Source of the DNA: Chiloscyllium plagiosum | Lineage: Eukaryota | Assembly (NCBI RefSeq): GCF_004010195.1 | Contig: NC_057718.1 | Coordinates: forward strand, 89,134,787-89,178,496 | Direction: 5' to 3' | DNA length: 43,710 bases | Shown here: positions 25,011 through 35,059 of the stretch, in pieces | Numbering within the stretch: position 1 is the stretch's first letter | Layout: each line of letters starts with the position of its first letter | Made by a program: the position numbers and the translations under genes | The notes under the pieces: model-generated | Told to the model about the DNA's origin: nothing | Seen by the model: the letters and a program-made list of their open reading frames with translations, nothing else | Databases searched by the model: none

Positions 25011-25310
25011 CATAAAAAAGGTTTCAGATTTAGACTTTACTGTCACATGTACTCAAGTACAAAAGTACAGGAGTACAGTGTAAAGTTTTCAGTGTGACCA
25101 CAGACATATGGCTCTGGCTTAGCCACAAGTACCTAGGTACAAAAACTTAAGAACAAGGTAGAAGGAAATAAAGGACAAAGTTAAAAGAATCTGCTGTTTT
25201 GTCTTTAGGTGATGAGAGTTCCTAAAATTTCAGGAAGTTGTACAACAGTCATTTATTTTCTTCAAAGAAGTAATTGATTAAACTTATGTTTGTTGATTTC
25301 TTGTCTGAAG

Positions 25311-25444
25311 GAATGAAGGGAAATGTGTTGAAGGGATGGTGGAGATATTTGATATGCTCCTAGCAACAGTGTCCCGATTCCGACTGCTGAAGCTGCAGTG
25401 TGAGGAGTACATCTGTCTGAAGGCCATAATTTTACTGAATTCTG
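25311..25444 (+). CDS. esr1: Estrogen receptor alpha, ligand-binding domain exon (equivalent to human ESR1 coding exon 6); not in the ORF track
   Basis: Acceptor tttcttgtctgaAG|G at 25310/25311; donor TCTG|GTAAGT at 25444/25445; 134 bp, phase-compatible with the previous exon (AG+G=Arg). Translates [44 protein letters not shown](G), matching human ERalpha 413-457, with M421 and C447 equivalents. Confidence 0.93.
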
Positions 25445-27480
25445 GTAAGTCAGAGCTTCACACTGGGGTATCCATGAATCACATGCCCCATGATTGCCAT
25501 TGAACACTATGTAAACATGTCCATGCATCTGGTACAAAGTGCTTCTAAGTCTATATATTAGCAAAACAGTATCCAGTATACTTGTAATGTCCCATCCAGC
25601 ATCTTCACAGAGCGAGAGTCACTCTTCATTCTGCATCTGAAGAGCAGTGGTTACCTACCCATCTACCTTTGTGTCATCTGCAAACATAGCAATAGTTTCC
25701 TCAGTTCCTGCATCCAGATCATTAATGTATACCGTGAATAATCGTGGTCTTTGACCTCTGTGGAACTCCACTGGTCACTGGCTGCCATCCTGAAAAAGAC
25801 ATCTTTATCCCTACTCCCTGCTTTTTGCCAGTCAGCCAATCTTTATCCGAGCTGGTATCTTGTTCCTCACACCACGGCTTCCTATCTTGTTTAGCAGCCT
25901 CCTGTGTGGCACCTTGTCAAAATCCAAATGAATCATATTCACTGGCTTTTCTTTGTCTAACTTACTCATTACCTCCTCAAAGAATTCTTACAGATTTGTC
26001 AGGCATGACCTCCCCTTGAAAAAACCATGCTGACTCAGCCCTATTTTACCATGCACTTCCAAGTACTCCGCAACCTCAGCCTTAAGAATCGATTCTAAAA
26101 TCTTACCAATAACCAAGGTCAGGCTAACCAGCCTATAGTTTCCTACCTCCTGTCTACACCCCTTCTTAAATAGGGGTGTTACTTCAGCCATTTTCCAGTC
26201 CTCTGGGACTCTCCCTGACTCCAGTGATTTCTGAAAGATCAATGCCTCTACAATCTCCTAATCTCCTACAATCTCCTTTAGAACTCTGGGGTGTAGTCCA
26301 CCTGATCTGGGTGATATATCCACATTCAGACCTTTCAGCTTGTCAGGCACCTTCTCCTTACTGATGCTTATTACACTCACCTCTGCCCCCTGACTCTCTT
26401 GAATTTCCCGTATGGGGCTGATGTCTTCCACTGTGAAAACTGATGCAAAGTACCTATTCAGTTCCTCTGCCATTTCCTTTTCCCCATTACTATTTCTCCA
26501 ACCTCATGTTCCAACGGTCCAATGTCCACTTTTGTATCGCTCTTACCTTTTAGATACCGAAAAATTCTTTTGCAATCTTTTATGTTACTAGTCGGCTTAC
26601 CTTCATATTTCATCTTCTTCCTGCTTATTGCTTTTTCAGTTGTCCCCTGCTGGTTTTTAAAAGCTTCCCAACTCTCTGACTTCTCACTAATCTTTGCTGT
26701 TTATTTACTTTTATGGTGTCTCTCACTTTTCTTGTCAGTCAGGGTTGCCTGATCCTCCTGAGTATGTTTCTTCTCCCTAGGGATGAACCTCTGCTGTGGT
26801 CCCCTGAATTACTCCCAGAAACTCCTGCCATTGCTGTTCCACTGTCTTTCTCCCCTTCCAATCAAATCTGGCCAACCCCTCCCTCAGGACTTTGCAGTTC
26901 CCTTCACTCAACTGTAATACCATCACATCTGATTCGAACTTCTCCCTCTCAAACTGCTCACTCTGCTCTCTAGGCATTCCTTCACCTTAAGCTCCCTAAC
27001 AAGTCTGCCTCAGTATAGAATTGCCTGTTCCCTAGAGGGCTCTACCACAAGCTGCTCCAAAACAAATCCTCATGGACATTCCCATGAATTCTTCTTCTTG
27101 AGATCCATTACCAATCTGATTTTCCCACCCCACCTGCATATTGAAGCTCCCCATGATTATTGTAATAGTGCCCTTCTCACATGTCTTCTCCATCTCCTGA
27201 TTTATTTTTTGCCCCCTCATCCTGACTACTGCCAGGAGACTTGTACAAATCTATCAGGGTGTTTTTCATTTGCGGTTCATCAACTCTACCCATACAGATT
27301 CTGCACCTTCCAACTCTACATCATCTCTCCTGTCAATTTCATTTCATTTCTTACCAACAAGGCAACCCCACCCCCTCTGCCCTTCTACCTGTCCTTTCGA
27401 TCAAATGTGTTTCCTTAAATACTTAATTCCCAGCTCTGATCCCCTCGCAGCTACATCTCTGAGACTCACACAACATCGTA

Positions 27481-27599
27481 GGCAAAAGTGAGGACTGCAG
27501 ATGCTGGAAACCAGAGTTTAGATTAGAGTGGTGCTGGAAAAGCACAGCAGGTCAGGCAGCATCCGAGGAACAGGAAAATCAACGTTTCGGGCAAAAGCT
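27481..27599 (-). mobile_element. PLE family A terminal fragment with 12-bp TSD
   Basis: Starts GGCAAAAGTGAGGACTGCAG; CACAACATCGTA at 27469-27480 and 27600-27611; truncated inside hammerhead stem II. Confidence 0.85.
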
Positions 27600-27775
27600 C
27601 ACAACATCGTACCTGCCAATATCAATCAGAGCTCCAAACCCATTTACCTTGCTTCATTTACTGTGTGCATGTAACTACAACACCCTCAGTCCTGAGTTGA
27701 CAGTCCACCCCCCTTCTCATAGTTGTCCCCTTACCTACTATGTCTGAAGTTAGATTCCTGATTCTTTCCATACTC

Positions 27776-27899
27776 AGGAGAAATTGAGGACTGAGATGGC
27801 ATTCCTGACGAAGAGCTTATACTCGAAACATCGACTCTCCTGCTCCTCGGTTGCTGCCTGACCGGCTGTGCTTTTCCAGCGCCACACTTTTTGACCCTC
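27776..27899. mobile_element. PLE family A insert: short terminal tail plus inverted arm, 9-bp TSD
   Basis: AGGAGAAATTGAGGACTG, then a plus-strand arm with hammerhead-like ATTC-CTGACGA-AGAGC-TTAT-ACTC-GAAA-CA-TC (27801-27836); TCCATACTC at 27767-27775 and 27900-27908. Confidence 0.8.
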
Positions 27900-28231
27900 T
27901 CCATACTCTGCCCTATTGCTTGTTCTGGAAACTTTAATAACCTCTGCTGAGCCCTTCCTCTCTGTAACCTTTTTCATAACTTTCCAGGTATCTGAACCCA
28001 CCTCCAACACTATGTAATTTATAGCCCAGGTCCCAGCATGATTCAAGTGGATCCTGTCCCATCAGAACAGCTCCCTCCTTCCCCAGTACTGCTGTCACTG
28101 TCCCATATATTTGAACCTGTTTCCCCCACACCACCCTTTGAGCCATGCATTTCTCTCTTTAACCTTGGTGACCCTGTGTCAATTTTATCATGGATCAGGT
28201 GGTAATCCAGAGATTATTACCTCTTTGCTTT

Positions 28232-28627
28232 CCGGAGGCTGAGGGGTGACCTTATAGAGGTTTACAAAAGTATGAGGGGCAGGGATAGAGTAAATAGGCA
28301 AAGTCTTTTCCCTGGGGTCGGGGAGTCCAGAAGTAGAGGGCATAGGTTTAGGGTGAGAGGGGAAAGATATAAAAGAGACCTAAGGGGCAACTTTTTCACG
28401 CAGAGGGTGGTACGTGTATGGAATGAGCTGCCAGAGGAAGTGGTGGAGGCTGGTATAATTGCAACATTTAAGAGGCATTTGGATGGGTATATGACTAGGA
28501 AGGGTTTTGAGGGATATGGGCCGGGTGCTGGCTGGTGGGACTAGATTGGGTTGGGATATCTGGTCAGCATGGACAGGTTGGACCGAAGGGTCTGTTTCCA
28601 TGCTGTACATCTCTATGACTCTACGAC
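28232..28627 (+). mobile_element. Young CR1 3' fragment nested in an older CR1
   Basis: RRLRGDLIEVYK..FFTQRVVRVWNELPEEVVEAG; tail CTCTATGACTCTA; reverse complement of 16690-17080 with few mismatches. Confidence 0.95.
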
Positions 28628-28845
28628 TTTGGTTCTGCTTTTAAGTTAGCCCCAAGCTGCTCATATTTCCTCAGCAGAACCTGTTTCCTCTTTCTACCTA
28701 TATCGGTGGTACCTCTGTAGACCATGACAAGTGGGCCTGGCCCTCCCACTCCAAGTTCCTCTGCAGCCCTAGGTGAGATATCCTGAAGCCAGACATTAGG
28801 CCGACACCACAGCCTTCAGGACCCTTGATCCTGGTCACAGAGAAC

Positions 28846-29610
28846 AGGAAAAACACAGCAGGTCAGGCAGCATCCGAGGAGCAGGCAAATCGAAGATTCA
28901 GGCAAAAGCCCTTCATCCTGGAGAGGTCAAGAAAGTGGAAGGAAGTGTTCGAGATGGACCAAGTGGACATTGTGGGCGAAGTTAATGAACTGCTCCAGTT
29001 CAGCCTGGGTGCAGGACGCTGCACCGATACAGTCATCAATGTAACGGCAGAAGAGTTGGGGCACAGTACCTGTGTAGGTACTAACATAGCCGACAAAGAA
29101 GCAGGCGCAGCTAGGGCCCATCTGAGTTGCCCATAGCCATTTCCTGTGTCAGTCTACAGTTGGACGCTTACTATAAACCCACAGACTCCCATAACTACCT
29201 GGACTACATCTCCTCCCACCCAGTATCCTGCAAGAACGCCATCCTGTTTCCCCAATTCCTCCACCTCTGCAGCATCTGCTCGGATGAGGAGACATTCCAC
29301 TCCCAAGTATCCCAGATGTCCACCTATTTTGAACATTGTGCCTTCTCTCCCCTTGTCATCCAGACAGCCCTCCACCACACCTCCTCCATTTCCCGTCCAC
29401 TACTTTAAACCCTCCCCCCCACCTCGCTTCCCCCCCCTTTCTCCTTTCCCCAACCAGTACCTTCCCCTGCAACCACAAAAGTTGCAAAACCTGCCAGTAC
29501 AGCACCTCCCTCACCTCCTTCCAGGGCCCCAAACAGTCCTTCCAGGTGAGACAGAGGTTCACCTGCCTCTCTTCCAACCTAAGCTTACTGCATCAGGTGC
29601 TCCCCAAATG
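28846..29610. mobile_element. Rearranged Penelope-like element: terminal repeat, RT core (-), RT thumb and start of GIY-YIG region (+)
   Basis: Minus: MGPSCACFFVGYV..LFCRYIDDCIG..LEQFINF. Plus: YYKPTDSHNYLDYISSHPVSCKNAI..QFLHL and FPCNHKSCKTC..FQVRQRFTCLSSNL. Confidence 0.88.
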
Positions 29611-30541
29611 GTAGATTTTCCTTAATTGCAATAGGATTTAAGTTACATAGAAACATGGAATAAAGGAGAGGAAATAAGCTATTTGACCCCTTGAGGTCAT
29701 GCCATTCATAAATATCATGGCTGATCATCAAGCTCAACTCCCTAATCCAGACCATATCCCTTGATCCCTTTAGCCACAGATCTCCTTCCTTCTTGAAAAC
29801 TTAATGTTTGTCCTCAACCACCATCTGTGATAGTGAGTTCCACAGGCTCACTACTTGCTGGGTGAAAGCAATGTCTCCTTATCTCAGTCCTAAAGTCTTT
29901 ATCCCTTATCCTGAAATTATGATCCAGTTTCTGAATTCCCCCAATTTCGGAAGCATCCTTCCTACATCTAACCTGCCTAGTCCTGTTAGAATTCGAACAA
30001 GATTTTGTGAGATTCTACCCCCTTTCTTCTCAACTCAAGCGAAAATTATCTTAACCTACTTAATCTCGCCTCGTACATCAGTCCTGCCATCCCAGGAATC
30101 AACTTGATAACCTCCACTGCACTCTCTCTATAACAGGACCCGCTTTCCTTAGAAAGGAAACCCGTACATAATATTCCAGGTGTGGTCTCATTAATGTCCT
30201 GTATAATTGCAGCAAGGCATCCTTGTTCCTGTATTCCAATCTTCTCGCTATGAAAGCCAACATTGTTTGCCTTTCTCTCTGCCTGCCGCACCTGCACGCT
30301 AACTCTCAGTGACTGGTACATGAGGACACCTAAGTTTTGTTGACTGTTCCCCTCTCTCAATTCAAACCCATTCAACCAATATTTCAGCTATCATTGTGGA
30401 TAACTTCACATTTATCCACATGATACTGCACCTGCCAGCCATTTGTTCACTCACGATGTGGAGGAGCCAGTGTTGGACTGGGGTGGACAAAGTTAAAAGT
30501 CACACAATACCAGGTTATAGTCCAACAGATTTATTTGGAAG

Positions 30542-30576
30542 CACTAGCTTTCAGACCACCGCTCCTTCATCAGATG
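30542..30576 (-). ncRNA. Minimal hammerhead ribozyme motif (PLE family B; stem II has a mismatch)
   Basis: Minus strand CAU-CUGAUGA-A-GGAGC-GGU-GGUCU-GAAA-GC-UA-GUG. Confidence 0.62.
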
Positions 30577-31461
30577 GTTGTGTAGTATAAGATCATAAGA
30601 CACAAAATTTATAGCAAAAGATTACAGTGTCATACAGTGATACATTGAACAACCCTGGATTGTCAAGTCTTTCATGTTTTGGAATGGGTTGCAGGTTTTG
30701 GTTTATTAATATGTAAATCCAAGAACTTCTTTTAAGGCACCTTCTCGAGATAATTTAAGGATTTATAACAAAAGGTGACATCGCAGCTCAAACAATGCAT
30801 TAAAGGTGTGAGGTCAGAGTCTGTTTGTATCCCAATCTTGAGTCAGACTGGCTCTATTTCCAAAGTGGAATTTACAAAATATTGCATGGACTGACTGCCT
30901 GCAGATTGGGCATTTTTTGAGCACAAAAATGCACTCCACTTCTTGCCTTTGAACAACCGCCAAAAATTAAACAGACCATTGTTCACGGCAAACTGCCCAG
31001 CTTTCAGGACAAAATCGACCACAACACCGTACAACCCTGTCACGGCAACCACTGCAAGATGTGTCAGATTGTTGACACAGATACCACCATTACCTGTGGG
31101 GACACCACCCACCGTGTACACGGCAGGTACTCCTATGACTCGGCCAACGTTGTCTATCTCATATGCTGCAGGCAAGGATGCCCTGAGGCATGAGACATTG
31201 GGGAAACCAAGCAGAGGCTACGACAACGGATGAATGGACACTGCACAATAATCAACAGACAGGAGTGTTCCCTCCCTGTCAGGGAGCACTTCAGTGGACA
31301 GGGACATTCAGCCTCGGATCTTCGGGTGACCGTCCTCCAAGGTGGACTTCAGGATAGGCAACAACGCAAGGTGGCCAAGCAGAGGCTGATAGCCAAGTTC
31401 GGTACCCATAGGGATGGCCTCAACCGGGTTCACGTCACACTACAGGTGACCTCACTGCACT

Positions 31462-31780
31462 ATACACTCACACTCACACATATGCACATGCACACGCGCT
31501 CACACACTCTCACACGCATACAAGCACACATACATACACTCTTACATACTCATGCACTCACACAGACTCTCTCTCATACACACGCTTTCTTTCAGACACA
31601 CACACACAACCCCACACTCTCACCCACGCACACATCCTCTCAAAGGCTTATATTACATCACATCCACACACACACTTTACCAAGCTTTCACACATTCAAG
31701 CACAGACTCTCTGATGTGCACTCACACTCACATTCACCCTCACATACACACTCTCTGTCTCTCAGTCATGCACAGCCACC
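31462..31780. repeat. Degenerate (CA)/(CT)-rich microsatellite within the PLE 3' region
   Basis: acactcacactcacacatatgcac... run; explains the His/Thr-rich ORF tails. Confidence 0.9.
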
Positions 31781-32186
31781 TATAAGTCTATGGGGTGAAT
31801 TTGTATTTGCAGAACTATATTTACAGATACATTCTATTTTGCTCAAAAATGCACAATCTGCAGACAGTCAGTACATGTAATATTTTGTAAATTCCACTTT
31901 GATAACAGAACCAGTCTGACTCAAGTCTGGGATACTCACAGACTCTAACCTCACACCTTTGATGCATTCTCTGAGCTGAGATGCCACCTTTTGTTATAAA
32001 ACCTTAAGTTAACTCGAGAAAGTGACTTAAAAGAAGTTCTGGGATTTGCATATTAATGAATCGAAACCTGCAACCCGTTCTAAAAGATGAAAGACTTAAC
32101 AATCCAGGGTTGTTCAATATATCACTGTATGACACTGTAATTTTTTTGCTATAAATTTTGTGTCTTACGATCTTATACTCGGCAAC

Positions 32187-32221
32187 CATCTGATGAAGGA
32201 GCAGTGCTCTGAAAGCTAGTG
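32187..32221 (+). ncRNA. Minimal hammerhead ribozyme motif (PLE family B), sense to esr1 pre-mRNA
   Basis: CAU-CUGAUGA-A-GGAGC-AGU-GCUCU-GAAA-GC-UA-GUG; palindromic AGCU in place of stem III. Confidence 0.72.
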
Positions 32222-33808
32222 CTTCCAATTGAACCTATTGGACTATAACCTGGTGTTGTGTGATATTTAACTTTGCCCACTCACTCAGCCTGCAACATGT
32301 CTGCATCCTCTTCACAGCTCACCCTTCCACCACGCTGTGTGTTATCTGCAAATTTGGAGTCATTGCATTTGGTTCCCTCATTTGAATTATTAACATCTAC
32401 TATGAATAGCTAGGGTCCTGGTCCCATTAGTGGCTGCCTTTCATTCAAAAATGACCCATTTACTCTGTTTCCTGTCTGCTAATTTTCTATTCATCTCGAT
32501 AAACTACCCCCAAACCAATATGCCTTAATTTTACACATGAATCTCTTATGTGGGACTTTGTCAAAAGCCTTCTGAAAGTCCCAATAAACCGCATCCACTT
32601 GCTCCCCCGATCACCTCTACAAGTTACATCCTCGAAGAATTCCAGTGGATTTGTCAAACATGATTTCCCTTTTGTAAATTCATGTTGACTGTATCTGATT
32701 CTATCTTGGTTTTCTAAATGCTCTGCTATAAAATCCTTGATAATGGACTTAAACATTTTCCCCAAAGCCAAAGTCAGACTCACTGGTCTGTAGCTCCCTG
32801 TTTTCTCTACCTCCCTTTTTAAAGAGTGGGGTTACATTAACTACCTTCCAATCTTTAGGAACTGTTCCACAGTCCAAAGAATCTTGAAGGTGACCACCAA
32901 TGCATCCACTATTTCTCGGGCTACTTCCTTAGCTCTTTCGGTATATAGATTATTAGGCCTTCAGAATGTAAAGCTTTGAATCCCGTCAATTTCTCTAACA
33001 CCATTTCTGTATTAAATCAGATTGTTTCAATTCTTCCCTCTCCCTGCATTGCCCATCATTTCTGGCATGCTATTCATGTCTTCCCTTGTGAAGACAGAAG
33101 CAACGTATTATAATTTAGTTCTTCAGCCATTCCTTCGGTCCCCATTATAAATTCACTCATTTCTGACCGTAAGGGACTTACATTAATTTTCACCAATATT
33201 TTAGTTTATGCGTACCTATAGAAACATGTGCAGTCAGTTCTTATGATCCCCACAAACTTACTTTCATACTTTATTTCCCCCTTCTTAATCAAACCCATGG
33301 TCCTCCTTTGCTTATATCTAAACTGTTCCCAATCCTCAGGTCCTTTGTTTTTAGCCAATTTGCATGCCTCTTCATTGCATCTAATGCTACCTCTAACTTC
33401 CCTCGTAAACAATGGCTTAGCAGCTGCTTTCTTTGCTCTCTTGCACCAGACAGGAAAATAATTTTTCTAGTTCACCCATCCGCTCTTCCATTGCCAATCT
33501 ACTGTCATTCCTTTCAGTAACATTTCCCAATTCATCGTTGCCAATTCATGCCTCATACCATTACCGATTCCCTTATTAAAACTCAGGACCCTAGTATCAG
33601 AATCAACTACCTCACTCTCCACCTTGAAGACGAATTCCATCATATTGTGATCACTGATCTCCAAGAGGTATCTCATAATTACATTGCCAATTATTCCTTG
33701 CTTATTTGCATAAGATGACATGTTCTCTCATTGGATCCTCAATGTATTGATCTTGAAACTGATCTCGTATACATTCTAGGAAATCTTCCTATCCAGTCTT
33801 GGGACTAA

Positions 33809-34132
33809 TTAGATTAGATTTAGATTACATACAGTGTGGAAACAGGCCCTTCGGCCCAACAAGTCCACACCGCGCCGCCGAAGCGCAACCCACCCATACC
33901 CCTACCCCTACATCCTTCCCTTACCTAACACAACGGGCAATTTAGCCTGGCCAATTCACCTGACCTGCACATCTTTGGACTGTGGGAGGAAACCGGAGCA
34001 CCCGGAGGAAACCCACGCAGACACAGGGAGAACGTGCAAACTCCACACAGTCAGTCGCCTGAGGCGGGAATTGAACCCGGGTCTCTGGCGCTGTGAGGCA
34101 GCAGTGCTAACCACTGGGCCACCGTGCCGCCC
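33809..34132 (-). mobile_element. Near-intact young HE1-type SINE
   Basis: Minus strand GGGCGGCACGGTGGCCCAGTGGTTAGCACTGCTGCCTCACAGC..GGTTCAATTCC..core..(AATCT)n tail; CpGs retained. Confidence 0.95.
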
Positions 34133-34682
34133 ACGAATCTATATCTGCATATAGATTCACCCAATCTATATGCAGATAATTACAGATGTTCCTTTACTGC
34201 TAATATCTCTGAGTTCCTGTTGAATGCCATTCCTGACCTCACCACTACAGTTTGGTGGTCTACATTCCGACCCCACTAATGTTTTTTGCCCCTTCATATT
34301 TCTCAATTCTACCCACACGTATTCTAAGCCAATACCTTTCCTCAATATTGTTTTTACATCCTTTTAAACCAATAATGCAAATCCATCACCTTTTCCTTTT
34401 TGTCTGTCCTTCTGAAATACCGAGTTCCCCTGGATGTTCAGTTCCCACCTCCGGTTACCCTGCAGCCGTGTCTCCATAATCCCAATAATATCAGATCTGG
34501 TTACATCTATTTACATGATTAGTTCATCCACTTTACTTCGAATGCTCTGTGCATTTAAATACAAAGCCCAAAGAGTGGTGTTTTTAACATTCCTTGTCCC
34601 ATTCCCATTATTTTTTACTGTGGTCTTGTTTGATTCCTCTGCCTGTCAGTTCTTTTATTCCTCTTTCTGTGTTTTGTTCTTT

Positions 34683-35031
34683 TCGTTGATTATCCTTCCT
34701 CTGATTCATTGCATACGTTCCCATCCCTCTGCCAATTAAGTTTAGAGCGAGAGAAAAAAAGCAAATTACTGCGGATGCTGGAATCCGAAACCAAAAGAGA
34801 ATATGCTGGAAAATCTCAGCGGGTCTCGGCAGCATCTGTAAGGAGAGAAAACAGCTGACGTTTCGTCGTTGATTATCCTTCCTCTGATTCATTGCATACG
34901 TTCCCATCCCTCTGCCAATTAAGTTTAGAGCGAGAGAAAAAAAGCTGGAATCCGAAACCAAAAGAGAATATGCTGGAAAATCTCAGCAGGTCTGGCAGCA
35001 TCTGTAAGGAGAGAAAACAGCTGACGTTTCG
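34683..35031. repeat. Local tandem duplication (34683-34865 and 34866-35031) of a CR1-end/PLE junction
   Basis: tcgttgattatccttcctctg...cagctgacgtttcg occurs twice; the second unit lacks 16 bp. Confidence 0.92.
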
Positions 35032-35057
35032 AGTCTAACTGACTCTTTGTCAAAGCT
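35019..35057 (-). ncRNA. Minimal hammerhead ribozyme variant with U3-A8 core (PLE family C terminal repeat)
   Basis: Minus strand AGCU-UUGACAA-A-GAGUC-AGUUA-GACUC-GAAA-CG-UC-AGCU. Confidence 0.7.
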
Positions 35058-35059
35058 AG

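Larger units (their letters stand above)
14758..25310 (+). other. esr1: GT-AG intron between the two estrogen receptor exons (nominally 10.55 kb, includes the N gap)
   Basis: Canonical GT at 14758 and AG at 25309-25310; no other ER-like coding segment seen in between. Confidence 0.88.
25660..28845 (-). mobile_element. CR1 LINE (ORF1 esterase-like region, endonuclease, RT to FADDTK) with three nested insertions
   Basis: FADDTK near 25670-25688; VPEDWKMAEVTPLFKKG..NYRLVSLT..SQHGF; MAEELNRYFASVFT; IIMGSFNM; ORF1-like VYRGTTDIGRKR near 28690-28725. Confidence 0.9.
30453..32277. mobile_element. Penelope-like element (family B) with ~440-bp inverted terminal arms and a GIY-YIG endonuclease pseudo-ORF
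   Basis: Arms about 30485-30930 and 31830-32277 are reverse complements; + frame QPCHGNHCKMC..NVVYLICCRQGCPEA*DIGETKQRLRQRMNGH..PVREHF..QRLIAKFGTHRDGLN; imperfect TSD TTTG(TT/CC)CACTCAC at 30442-30454 and 32272-32284. Confidence 0.92.
29645..34750 (-). mobile_element. Long CR1 LINE ORF2 relic interrupted by a PLE (30453-32277) and an HE1 SINE
   Basis: 3' tail at ~29645; KLIPGMAGLMYEARL; KFADN near 32345; SQHEFTKGKSCLTNPLEFFEDVT; ISDHNMMEF; endonuclease start near 34550. Confidence 0.9.

Noticed and set aside
14619..25444. Assignment to esr2
   Set aside because: Despite several beta-like residues, the pocket positions (L384, M421) and the [22 protein letters not shown] and IILLNS segments are alpha-type.
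31230..31880. 216-aa His/Thr-rich protein
   Set aside because: The N-terminal part is the tail of a dead PLE GIY-YIG domain; the rest is a CA microsatellite read in frame.
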